Source: Octopus bimaculoides (Eukaryota). From it: DNA of 64,000 bases. Where the stretch lies: contig NC_068982.1 in NCBI RefSeq assembly GCF_001194135.2, positions 42,619,532 through 42,683,531 of the forward strand, given 5' to 3'. The notes under the pieces are model-generated. The model was not told the DNA's origin, made no database searches, and saw only the letters and a program-made list of their open reading frames with translations. This document shows, in pieces, positions 36,830 through 48,661 of this stretch. The position numbers and the translations under genes are program-made. Each line of letters begins with the position of its first letter. The stretch's first letter is position 1.

Positions 36830-37550
36830 TGGTGCAATGTGGCCGAATGATTAAGAGACTTGTGTCGTAGCGATGAACGAAGTCTCAGGTTCGATAGCAC
36901 TGTGTGGCTGTTCGGTCAAATGCAATTTTTTAGTCTCAAATGTACCCATATTTTGTGAATGAAATCAGATCGACGGAACTGTATGGAAGCCCATCACGTG
37001 TGCAGTATCTTTAATTCGAAAATTACGTTGTGTCATGCTGATTCTGCTTCAGAATTACATTAAATATAGATGTATCTGTTCGGTCACTTAGACGCTAATT
37101 CAGGATCGAGTTGTTGTTGGCACTCCGTCGCTTACGAGGTTGAGGGTTCCAGTTGATCCGATCAACGGAACAGTCTGCTCGTGAAATTAACGTGCAAGTG
37201 GCTGAGCACTCCACAGACACGTGTACCCTTAACGTAGTTCTCGGGGGAGATTCAGCGTGACACAGTGTGACAAGGCTGACCCTTTGAATTACAGGCACAA
37301 CAGAAACAGGAAGTAAGAGTGAGAGAAAGTTGTGGTGAAAGAGTACAGCAGGGTTCGCCACCTTCCCCTGCCGGAGCCTCGTGGAGCTTTAGGTGCTTCC
37401 GCTCAATAAATACTCACAACGCCCGGTCTGGGAATCGAAACCGCGATCCTATGACCGCAAGTCCACTGCCCTAACCACTGGGCCATTGCGCCTCCACCTC
37501 AGGATCGAGTAATTCAGTTGATTAAACAACTGAATACTCATTGACAAACA
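36830..37550 (+). mobile_element. Old SINE (family A-like head, family C-like tail) interrupted by a younger family C SINE
   Basis: Head TGTGGCCGAATGATTAAGAG..CAGGTTCGATAGCACTG, GACGGAACTGTATGGAAGCCC, then tail-like TGTGTCATGCTGATTCT..CACTTAGACGCTAATT, resuming after 37510 with AGTTGATTAAACAACTG. Confidence 0.55.
37112..37498 (-). mobile_element. Family C tRNA-derived SINE, full length, young, with 12-bp TSD
   Basis: Minus head GTGGAGGCGCAATGGCCCAGTGGTTAGGGCAGTGGACTTGCGGTCATAGGATCGCGGTTTCGATTCCCAGACC; tail GACGGAGTGCCAACAAC; TSD TCAGGATCGAGT at 37100-37111 and 37499-37510. Confidence 0.95.
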
Positions 37551-39544
37551 GCTGGAATCCCTACTGCTCGCAGCATAGTAGTGCTAAAAAATCATCTTCT
37601 TGCGCAGTCAGAATTATATCTCAGTATGCAAAAACGGCATCTATGTCTCCGCCTGGTTTCTGTTGCTAATTAGAACCAATTTAATTGCATTGTCTACTTA
37701 CGGTTTACTCTTCGAAGTTTTTATAAATCGTTTTCATAGTTATTTTAACTTTCATTTTACCTCTGTATGTAAGCTATTTGTTATTTGAGTCCATATTTTA
37801 TTATTTCAGTACACATATACATATACAAATCGAATTCTTTGAATGGTGCCAGATCCAGACCGCTGAATAAAATCTCAGTTCTGCATATTTCTTTCCTTCC
37901 ATTTATGATTTATTTAAACCATCTGAAAAAAATTTCTGAATTCCGAAACTTCAGTTGAGGAAGAAATACCTGATAAAAATATCATGAAGTGAAAGGGGGG
38001 AGAATGTTCTTTACATCAGTGGTTTCTTTTTGAACTCACGACGACGTGCCTTGCATTTTAGCATTAAGGAGAAATGATATCGTGAACTTCACGTTTCTTT
38101 CCAAAACCCTACTAAAATAAATGATATAAATTTTCTTCAGCAGAAAATCGAAACAGGGTATGTTTCGACTCGTTGAGAGCTTTATCTCATGTCTAACATA
38201 GTTACCTCAAAAGGTTGTATTCCTTATTGTTATTAATTCTTAAACTGTTATGGCTGCTACTAACACACATGGCGCCTGGTTCGAATTTCGCAAATCTCTG
38301 TTCAGCATACATACAATAGGTAGGATTTATCCGATATATTGTGGAGGAACTATTTTTTCCTTATCTGGAAAGCAATCCTATAGGTTGTCTGATATCAAGA
38401 CCAAATGCCAAAATAATCGTGCTGCTTCCCTTCAGTAGATCTGAGATAAAACAATCATGCTGAGAAATATAACAAGAAATAACTGACCTGACCTTATGTT
38501 TTTGTGTATGTGTCGTAGTTCAAGATCATCAGTATTTTGATGGGCGACTTAGGAAATTTACTTCAAGTCGTGTATATAATGTGTCCTTTATTTTCGTCTT
38601 ATTTTTCTTAGTTTTTTTCTCGTATCTTTTTCCATTTTCTTCTTATTTTTATTTTTCGATGTTTTCGTTATTACATTACACATATTGCAAGTTGTGTTGC
38701 AGATTTAATAATATACTTGCATTTTAAGTGCTGCTTCTTTTATTTTTGGCTTCTTTTATTTTGGCGTGATTTTACAATATCACGTATAAAAATTTCTTCT
38801 AAAACCTTGTGACGGAATTAGTTTGTGACTGCACCTTATTTCTCGATGAGGTACAGACATATAATCAAAACAAAATTCATGCACAATGTCATTAACCCTG
38901 CATACTGACCTGTAATTTCTATTACTTTACAATAAGTTTATTCATGTATTTGAAATAAATTCTTATATCTAAAGATCAATCAACCAATCATATTTCATAT
39001 ATCTTTATAGTTTCAGCTCACTGCTCAAGACTTTATTTCTAGATAGGTCCACATTATAAGTTAATAATTTTTAAAATTGTGGTTTTGCACTCCAATATTG
39101 CTCATATTTGTAGTATCAAACATGTCAACGCTTAAATATCGTATTAATTTTCTTTCTTTCATTTTGTTTCCCATGTAGTTGTATCAATATTGGATGAAAT
39201 AAAGTCTTAAATATTACAATATAGAAGAAGAAAACTATGAAGATTTGTGATGTTGCAAAAGAAAAAAAATATGATGAGTAACACAATCAAGTTATGAGAA
39301 CAGTTTTAATACCAAAGGAAGAATATTTCAGTTATATGAAAGAAAAAAAAATACAACAAAGAACTTCAAAAAAAGTTTTTCGAACAGTACCAACGATCTT
39401 ATAAATTCTAAAGATATAGTTTCAGAATAGTAACAGAATTTTTCAGATGGAATTTGCTTTGGGCACTAAGAACTCTACCCATAGAAAGACCGTTTCTTTA
39501 GCAAGTTGTATATTGTATAACTAATCCGTTTAAGCTGGAAGAAA

Positions 39545-39712
39545 GATAGAATCGGTACAGAGTTGAAACGCACTTTCAGAATTTAGTTGCAGCATATTAC
39601 GTTCTGTATTTAGTCCTATTGAGGTTGAATCCACTTTTCATCATTCCTAGGTCGTTAAACGAGTACCATTCAAATCACTGAGGACAATAAAATCGACTAT
39701 TTTCATGTAAAA
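39545..39712 (+). mobile_element. Family B SINE, highly degraded
   Basis: TTACGTTCTGTATTTAGTCCTATTGAGGTTGAATCCACTTTTCATCATTCCTAGGTCGTTAAACGAGTACCA. Confidence 0.55.
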
Positions 39713-40737
39713 ATATATAAATAAATGAATGAATAAATAAATAAATTATTGAATAAATAAATAAATAAATAAATAAACGAATAAAAAACTAAAAAAATAG
39801 ATGAATGAATAAATAAATGAATAAAAGGGCTATGTTGCTCACTTTTGAAATTCTAAATTTTCCTACCTTTACAGTTACTGCTATATAGATTGTGCTTAGC
39901 CCAATTTTTGTAAATCTCGTAACGACGAATATACAGTAAAGTTTATGTGGGAAGCGGAGAGGAACAAATGAAATATTCTCAAGAAAGTTTGTCAAAATGA
40001 TGTGTAAGTATGTGATTAACAGTAAGAACCAAGCATTTAGAAAGTAAGGCTAAGACTAGATAATATAAAATGAAATGTCGATGTTTGTAAAAGTATGTTA
40101 TCGTAATCGTGTAAATTAAAGAAATATAAACCCCACCTTGCTCAGCTCGATTTTATGAGCTTCCTAATATATTCAAATTGAGAGCAATAGTGATGTATGA
40201 TGTAATAAACAAGCGTAAAACAAAATGTAGTATCTAGAAGAAACATATCTATATATGCCATGTGGACAGTGTCAGTTGATTGTACTAGGACTCCAGGCGT
40301 GTTAAAAAAACACTGTCTGGCATGCTCTCAGCATATGAAACTAATAATAGCACATAAAATACATATACTGTATTTATTAAATAATATCTATCTCTCGCCA
40401 GATGGAGTACCTTTTTGTTGATTTTACAATCACGGAATTGTACACTATATATATATATATGTGTTCGTGTATANNNNNNNNNNNNNNNNNNNNNNNNNNN
40501 NNNNNNNNNNNNNNNNNNNNNNNNNNNNNNNNNNNNNNNNNNNNNNNNNNNNNNNNNNNNNNNNNNNNNNNNNNNNNNNNNNNNNNNNNNNNNNNNNNNN
40601 NNNNNNNNNNNNNNNNNNNNNNNNNNNNNNNNNNNNCATATTGCATTTAAGGTAATGCTCACATTACTTAAATAAATTGAAGTAGCATGAAACGTGCATA
40701 CTGCAATCACTTTTGAAATCCGTGTTGCTTATTGTTT

Positions 40738-40775
<38 letters not shown>

Positions 40776-42544
40776 GTAAACAAACAAGGTATGCGTTGCG
40801 CTACATGGTCATATCAAGAGTTGAACAGAAAGAACGTAGCAAAGAGAAAAAGTTAGACGAAAGGAGAGGAAACGGAAAACTAGAAGAAAACTTAACGAAC
40901 GAGAAATTTAGGCAGAAACACGATACATGGAATATTCGCAGCTGATTTCCTCGTCAGACAATGAGCCAAAATATTATAACATAGGGGTTTGGCGCCATTT
41001 ACTATTCAGACAATTCAATTTTGGAAGCGCAAGACCATTTAGCGTCTGGGAAAAATCTAACGAAGCATACTAATGTAGAAACAAACAAGACATTATATAG
41101 ATATAACAGACAAAGAATTATGCATATATAACAGCACAAAGCTTACAACTATATAGAACGGAAGAAAAAGAATATACATATATCACAAATACAACAGAAA
41201 GAGCATTGCAGCTATCGATCGAACTTAGTGGAGTGGCACAAAGACGAAATGGAGAAAGTCCTAGAGGATATAGCAGGAGCCTGCTATGGGTCTCCTGCTA
41301 TGTCCATCTCAGGAAATTATCTATTGGTCCCTGCCCGAAAGTTTTCCGGAGAAGTTCAGCCAGTTAATTTTCATCAAAATCAAAATTTCACCGGGGAGGT
41401 CGTCGTTCTCACTCCACTTCCTTGTTGCTGCTTGTTATTACCGCTCTGTTGTTATTATAGTTATTACCACTATTGTCTTAATGTTGGTGTTACTGTTCGA
41501 AGTCAACACCTCCCACACTATAATACATATATAGCAAGTGTTGACCGCGAAAATTACTTTCAACTTTATAATGCACACCCCCTCCTGTTGAGCGGTGAGC
41601 AAAGATATAGCCATTTTGAAATTTTTTCTATATTTCGAAAAACTTTTTTTTAATTCTGCAGCATAGGACAAATAACAATATATAATTAATATCTTATGAG
41701 ACACATTCTCTCCTCTCCTTTGTTTTGCCTGACATTCTGGGAGACATACTATCCACATTCATGCACACTCACACTCACACACACTCAAACACACACGTAT
41801 ACACACATACACATATATTCACTTCGCTGAATTTTGCAAATAATTTTGCCACCAGTCCTAAAGAGGAAAATGAAAACAGTCGAAAATAAATGACACTTAA
41901 ACAATGGAAAGGTATTTGTGTTTCAAAGTGGACAATAAGAAGGGAATGTCTGAATTGAGCGAGTCAACGTGGGAGCATTTACAATGTTGGCCTATTTCTA
42001 GAAAAAGCAGTTAAATATACTTCAAAACACTCCCTAGTGCCTCAAGAAAGGAAATAAACAGTGGGCATCGTAGTTCTAGATAACAATTTACTGACCAGAT
42101 GCGGGATGTGCTTGATTGTATATTTGTTTAACCTATGCTGACCTGGAGTTAAGAACAATAACAATGACCAATGAACATTCCTCAGTCACTGGAACCAAAA
42201 GGGGGTCTCTTGCTTTGCTAGAAATAGTAGCTGATTCTTCTACAAAGCACATCTTACACTCTTGAAGAGGAAAAATTACATTAGATAAATAGTTCTTGTG
42301 ATTCCATGTCTCAGAAATTCGATATGATGGATCTGATTTGAACGCCTTTGATCAAAGAACTGACTTGGGGTTACACAGCAACAAAGACAACAACAGTTTC
42401 TCAATATTGTCGTCCAGTGCGATTCATGTGATCTTTATGTCAATTTATTTCGTATGGCGAGATCATAGTTATTTAAAAGAAAACATTATGAATGTTAACT
42501 ATATTTTAGTAGTTCATCAGTTATTATTTCTTTTAAAATGTAGG

Positions 42545-42745
42545 TCGTGAGTTGGTGGAATTGTTAGCGTATTGGACAGAATGCTAAGTAGTATTTCTGT
42601 CTGATCTTTACATTCTGATTTCATGTACCACCAGGTTCAGCATTGCTGTTCATCTTTTCAGGACTAGTCAAGTAGTCAAGTTCATGTCATCAACTTTCTC
42701 CCTACCCCGAAAATTGCTACCCTTGTATCAAAATTTAGAACCATA
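42545..42745 (+). mobile_element. Family B SINE, degraded
   Basis: GGTCGTGAGTTGGTGGAATTGTTAGCG..GAATGCTAAGTAGTATTTC..CCCCGAAAATTGCTACCCTTGTATCAAAATTTAGAACC. Confidence 0.7.
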
Positions 42746-44192
42746 ATTATATCTGAAATGATAATGTATTAGGTTATTTTACAAGGCTATTGAACATATC
42801 TTAAAACGTTTCAAATTAGAATTTGCCTAAGTTGGATTTGTCAGATTCAGTTGCTGGAATGCTGCTTGTTAAAGTATGAATGGTAAATAACCCATTAAAT
42901 TCACTAATGGTCGACGTATAAATTTATGCAATCGGCCTATAAGTGAACATTTGTTACAATTATCTGTATATTACAGCTTCTTATCTATGCATGTAATTAT
43001 TGGAAAACTGAATCTATTTAGATATGTACTATTGCTAAAGTATTATATCCGTGGAAAAAAAAAACCCAACAAACTATTCAATTATTCTCACACAGAGAAA
43101 ATCTGCCTTGTTTTCATTTTTACAAATGTCTACATAAATTATCAGACGTATTAACAAAAGTTGTACACAATAAACCTTACTGTTAATTTATAGTAAAAAT
43201 GTAGACAGGTATTGTCCATTTTTAATACTTCGTCTCTTGTCTATTCAGTATTTCAAGGTCAAATTCGTATTCTAGTAGTTATGAAGAGCGTTTGTGTTCA
43301 TCTACAAATGGCTATTTTAACTTTGAAATAATCCTTTATGTTAAGATCCATTCATACTAGTAATGAATGAAATAGTTTGAGATGACTGGGCAAATTGCAT
43401 ACTACATTTAATTATGAATAAGCTCCTCTACCGCACTATGTGCCTTATACATCCGTATATCTCTGTGCTTTTTATCCTCCTCCTCCTCCTCCTGCTTATA
43501 TATATATATATATATATATATNNNNNNNNNNNNNNNNNNNNNNNNNNNNNNNNNNNNNNNNNNNNNNNNNNNNNNNNNNNNNNNNNNNNNNNNNNNNNNN
43601 NNNNNNNNNNNNNNNNNNNNNNNNNNNNNNNNNNNNNNNNNNNNNNNNNNNNNNNNNNNNNNNNNNNNNNNNNNNNNNNNNNNNNNNNNNNNNNNNNNNN
43701 NNNNNNNNNNNNNNNNNNNNNNNNNNNNNNNNNNNNNNNNNNNNNNNNNNNNNNNNNNNNNNNNNNNNNNNNNNNNNNNNNNNNNNNNNNNNNNNNNNNN
43801 NNNNNNNNNNNNNNNNNNNNNNNNNNNNNNNNNNNNNNNNNNNNNNNNNNNNNNNNNNNNNNNNNNNNNNNNNNNNNNNNNNNNNNNNNNNNNNNNNNNN
43901 NNNNNNNNNNNNNNNNNNNNNNNNNNNNNNNNNNNNNNNNNNNNNNNNNNNNNNNNNNNNNNNNNNNNNNNNNNNNNNNNNNNNNNNNNNNNNNNNNNNN
44001 NNNNNNNNNNNNNNNNNNNNNNNNNNNNNNNNNNNNNNNNNNNNNNNNNNNNNNNNNNNNNNNNNNNNNNNNNNNNNNNNNNNNNNNNNNNNNNNNNNNN
44101 NNNNNNNNNNNNNNNNNNNNNNNNNNNNNNNNNNNNNNNNNNNNNNNNNNNNNNNNNNNNNNNNNNNNNNNNNNNNNNNNNNNNNNNNNNNN

Positions 44193-44236
<44 letters not shown>

Positions 44237-44536
44237 GAGATACAATTGATGAATAATAATAATAATGATAATTATCATTGTAAGTAATTAGTTATACCAA
44301 ATTGAATGACGGAACAAGGAGAAAGTGAGAACGGTAATAGATGCTACATGCTGAGCCACTGTGAAACATTCGACCGACGAGTGGGTCAGCATGTAGCATC
44401 AATTGATTATCACCGTTCTTACTTTCTCCTTTTTCTTTTTACTTTTATTTACTTTTCCGCTCTGATGAAGTTCCGTGATTCAGTTTGGTATAACTAATTG
44501 CTTACAACGATAACTATGATTATTATTATTATTATT

Positions 44537-44577
<41 letters not shown>

Positions 44578-44787
44578 TATTATTATTATTATTATTGTGG
44601 TGGTGGTGGTTAAAACTGAGAATCACGCTAACGGTAACAGCGGTAAGTTGAGATTCTGTCTCTTTATAATTAAATTAATAAATGATAATTGATGTAAATC
44701 TATTGTTATTCATCAATTGTATCTAAATGTTCTGCTTTCCTTGAATATTGATAAACTATAGTTTATTTTTGTCATTACCTATCATTT

Positions 44788-44998
44788 AGGAGCGGCAGAA
44801 ACGTTAGCACGCCGGGCGAAAGACTTAGCGGTATTTCGTCTGTCTTTACGTTCTGAGTTCAAATTCCGCCGATGTGGACTTTGCCTTTCATCCTTTCGGA
44901 GTCGATAAATTAAGTACCAGTCGCGTACTGAGGTCGATCTAATCGACTGCTCCCTCCCTTCAAATTTCTGGCCTTGTGCCTAGAGTAGAAAAGAATAT
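44788..44998 (+). mobile_element. Family B SINE (CCTAGAGTAGAAAAGAAT tail variant)
   Basis: GGCAGAAACGTTAGCACGCCGGGCGAAA..GAGTTCAAATTCCGCCG..CTTTGCCTTTCATCCTTTCGGAGTCGATAAATTAAGTACCAG..GGCCTTGTGCCTAGAGTAGAAAAGAATAT. Confidence 0.92.
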
Positions 44999-45284
44999 AG
45001 GTNNNNNNNNNNNNNNNNNNNNNNNNNNNNNNNNNNNNNNNNNNNNNNNNNNNNNNNNNNNNNNNNNNNNNNNNNNNNNNNNNNNNNNNNNNNNNNNNNN
45101 NNNNNNNNNNNNNNNNNNNNNNNNNNNNNNNNNNNNNNNNNNNNNNNNNNNNNNNNNNNNNNNNNNNNNNNNNNNNNNNNNNNNNNNNNNNNNNNNNNNN
45201 NNNNNNNNNNNNNNNNNNNNNNNNNNNNNNNNNNNNNNNNNNNNNNNNNNNNNNNATATATATAGTAAGACGGCATTAACACAT

Positions 45285-45975
45285 GTTATACGACCAGAAA
45301 GATCGCAGATATACCCCAAATATCCCAATCGAATGTTGAAAACCATCTGAATCAATTTGGTTACGCCAGCAGGTTTCCTGTTTGTGTCCCACAGGGGTTT
45401 GAACCGAGGTTAACCTCGTCCGATAGGCTGCCATTTGTGATTCATTGTAGAAACGTGAAAAACGATTCCTTTTTTATTTTATATGAAGAGAATGTTGATA
45501 GATGAGAAAATGTGGATCATCTATAACAGTGTAAAGCGTAAACGCTCATGGTGTTAGGGCGATGAACCACCACAAAAAAACCTCCACTCGAAGAAATTAT
45601 ACTTTCAATTTGGTGCGTTATAAAGCTGTTCTCTTTTACGACCTTCTTCACAGGAACAGGACCATCAGTTTGGAAATATACTGTGACTAACTATTTAAAT
45701 GAAATGCAGCGATCCACCACAAGCGCCCAGCAATTATTATTCATTACATTGTCCTTCATTACGACAATGTCAAATTGCACACTTCTTACAGACGCGGAAG
45801 AAGTTGTTGGGGATTGACTGGGAAGTTTTGCCGCACCTTCCATATTCGCCCGACCTTTCGGTCTTATCAAAATTCATTGAATAGAGAAACCTTCAGCTTT
45901 GAAGAGGATGTAAAAATTCAACTGCAAAAGATTTTCGCCAGTAAAGGCAGGAAATTCTTTGGCCAGGGAATAACG
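45285..45975 (+). mobile_element. mariner transposase fossil (DD34D)
   Basis: TTRKIADIPQISQSNVENHLNQFGY..VPQ; DEKMWIIYNSVKRKRSW; LHYDN; RKKLLGIDWEVLPHLPYSPDL; many frameshifts and stops. Confidence 0.88.
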
Positions 45976-46034
45976 CCAACCAAAAACAGATGCTTGATTC
46001 ATACAAGTTAATCTATGAGCACCCTGATAGATTA

Positions 46035-46230
46035 ATCTATGTGCAGTCTGAATCGCTTGTGCTCAGTTTAACACAAAACTTTATTGTATAACGTGCTTCC
46101 AAAATGTCTTTACGTCCCGAATGTATTTTGCAAACTAGTCTGGTGTGAAAAGCGGTGTTTAGTAGGGTGTGTTCAAAGTGTTTTTACAGCCATCTCTTTC
46201 ATTCTGAAATAACTAAATTTGTCAGGTCAG
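46035..46230 (-). mobile_element. Second mariner, N-terminal fragment
   Basis: Minus translation LEARYTIKFCVKL (46102-46064) resembles the mariner N-terminal EQR..IKFC.KLG motif. Confidence 0.5.
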
Positions 46231-46513
46231 TTTATTAGATGTATAGTAACGATATGCTAAAACAATAATTTAGGACATTTATAACTGCCTTCCTTTAAAA
46301 AGTTTGAAATCTCTAGATTGCATCTCATATAATATTTATTGTATAAATCACCTTGTATTTCAAAATTGTGCCATCTTTTCGCTTGAAAAATCGAACTGCG
46401 CTTTTGGCGGTTCCAGTAATTCTTAAGACCTGTTAATTAGAAATATAATACAGTAAATAGAGTAATGGACAACTATTCGGGTAATAGGACCATCAAAACA
46501 TCAGCAAATCCTA

Positions 46514-46558
<45 letters not shown>

Positions 46559-46659
46559 GCAGAAACAGACGCACACAGACACGTGATATATGGATGTGTG
46601 AGTATATATAGATATAAGTATGTGTTAATCCCATGTACCCAGACTTTGTGGACACTCTG

Positions 46660-46885
46660 TATACATTTCCAGGCTATGTGGTTCTTAGTCCAGCTATGTG
46701 GTAGGATATCAAAAGCTTTTTTATAGTCTATCCAGGCTATTGACAAGTATTTGTGCCGTTTGTGACAATCTTCGAAGATCATCTTATTGATGAGTAGCTG
46801 ATCTTTACAGCTATAGGATCCACGTTTACATCCTTTTTGCTCATTAGGGAATATGCCACTTTCTATTAAAAAACTATAGGTATAT
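46660..46885 (-). mobile_element. R4/Dong-like LINE reverse transcriptase fragment
   Basis: FLIESGIFPNEQKGCKRGSYSCKDQLLINKMIFEDCHKRHKYLSIAWIDYKKAFDILPHSW (EQKG and WIDY.KAFD..PH motifs). Confidence 0.92.
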
Positions 46886-47029
46886 TCAGTCAGGACAGAT
46901 GTTAGTGTTTTATACATTGTTGTTAAGCAGGTTATGGGTCGATAATCTTTTGGTTAATTTGTTTCTTCAATTTTGGGGGATTAGGAGCGTTAAACCATTA
47001 ACTAGACAAGAAGGAATCATACTAGGATG

Positions 47030-47030
<1 letters not shown>

Positions 47031-47066
<36 letters not shown>

Positions 47067-47137
47067 TCACTGCCTGGAATGGAACTCGGAATCTTGGGAT
47101 TAGTAGCCCGCACTCTTAACCACTACGCCATATGCCC
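47031..47137 (-). mobile_element. Short tRNA-like SINE with (AAT)n tail
   Basis: Minus: GGGCATATGGCGTAGTGGTTAAGAGTGCGGGCTACTAATCCCAAGATTCCGAGTTCCATTCCAGGCAGTGACCTG-(AAT)n; A-box TGGCGTAGTGG; anticodon stem imperfect. Confidence 0.8.
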
Positions 47138-47139
47138 AT

Positions 47140-47198
47140 GGGCATATGGAGTTCGATTCCAGACAGTGACCTGAATAATAATAATAATGATGATGATG

Positions 47199-47262
<64 letters not shown>

Positions 47263-47278
47263 CAACAACAACAACAAC

Positions 47279-47344
<66 letters not shown>

Positions 47345-47355
47345 TATAATAATAA
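47140..47355 (+). mobile_element. Internally deleted copy of the same short SINE, head-to-head, with long (AAT/AAC)n tail
   Basis: GGGCATATGG joined directly to AGTTCGATTCCAGACAGTGACCTG-(AAT)n. Confidence 0.75.
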
Positions 47356-47699
47356 CATAGAAAAATACCTTAGGAATGAGACATCAGCCGAAACGTTGTG
47401 TTAACAACAAACAAGATGAGGACAAATATTCGTCAAACGTAAATAATGTAAATAATGTACATAATTCCTCATCTCTTAAATATAGAACTGAATAATAAGC
47501 AAAGCCAGAAATATTCTTCGTCAATCGATAAGTTCAATACGCATTTGATATATTAACTAAGTTTTTAATTGCTGTTCGATTATGGTTGGTACTTACATTG
47601 CTTTTCTGTAATTTCTCAATAATCGTTTCGAAGATCCTAATGTTTGCAAAGATGTTTACTTTTATTATTTCTGCATGTCATCGAAATCTTACACTTTAT

Positions 47700-47952
47700 C
47701 TTTTACTTGTTTCAGTCACTGGATTGCAGTCATGTTGGGGTACCACATTGAACGGTTTTAGGGGAACAGCTCGATCTCAGTACTGGGAGCTGAATCCACC
47801 AGACTTTATTACCGAATCGTTAAGTTTCGGAGACATAAACAAAGTGACACTAGTTATCAAGTGGTGATGGCCGCAAATACAGACACAAAGACGCATATAC
47901 AAACACAAAGTCGCATACAGATACACACACATATGTATGTATAGATATGTGT

Positions 47953-48000
<48 letters not shown>

Positions 48001-48133
48001 TTACATACTCTATTAGGTTGCCTATTGCTAAAATAGAAGACATTTCCACAAGGCGCAGTACTGTGAGACTGAACCTGAAATTACATAGCTGCACAGCGAG
48101 TTTATTAACCATACAGCCATTCCCGCACCTATT
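47700..48133 (-). mobile_element. Family A SINE, full length, diverged, expanded internal (CA)n
   Basis: Tail CTTTTACTTGTTTCAGTCAC, body, (CA)n at 47955-47992, head TTAACCATACAGCCATTCCCGCACC. Confidence 0.8.
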
Positions 48134-48216
48134 TAATACTTTGAAATTTTTTTTTGAACACTTCAATAGCATCAACTGCGCGTCCTGTCTTTTAAAGTGT
48201 ATATCATGTCTACAAT

Positions 48217-48661
48217 AAGGCGGTGAGCTGGCAGAGACGTTAGCTAGCCGGGGCAAAATGCTCAGCGGTATTTCGTCTGCCGGTACGTTCTGAGTTCAAA
48301 TTCCGCCGAGGTCGACTTTGCCTTTCATCCTTTCGGGGTCTATTAAATAAGTATCACTTAACCACTGGGGTCGTTATAATCGACTTAATCCTTTTGTCTA
48401 TCCTTGTTTGTCCCCTCTGTGTGTAGTCCCTAGTGGGCAGTAAAGAAATAAGAAACTAGAAACGTTAGCATGCCGGGCGAAATGCTGAGCAGTATTTTGT
48501 CTGTTTTTACGCTCTGAGTTCAAATTCCGCCGAGGTTGACTTTATCATTCATTCTTTCGGGCTCGATAAATTAAGTACCAGTTGCGTACTGATGTCGATC
48601 TAAGTGACTGGCCGTCTCCCCCCAAATTTCGGTCCTTGTGCCTAGAGTAGAAAAGAATATT
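48217..48661 (+). mobile_element. Dimeric family B SINE bounded by one 11-bp TSD
   Basis: Monomer 1 at 48217-~48455, monomer 2 at ~48459-48661; ATGTCTACAAT at 48206-48216 and 48662-48672. Confidence 0.9.

Noticed and set aside
37420-37498. tRNA-like sequences here and at 862, 47063-47137 and the family B heads
   Set aside because: They are SINE heads: acceptor and anticodon stems are imperfect and they continue into SINE bodies or tails, so they were not called as tRNA genes.
47375-47490. CAGCCGAAACGTTGTG, resembling the 3' half of a Penelope-type hammerhead
   Set aside because: The CTGANGA box and 5' stem II strand are absent in this copy, so no ribozyme can be drawn from the sequence shown.
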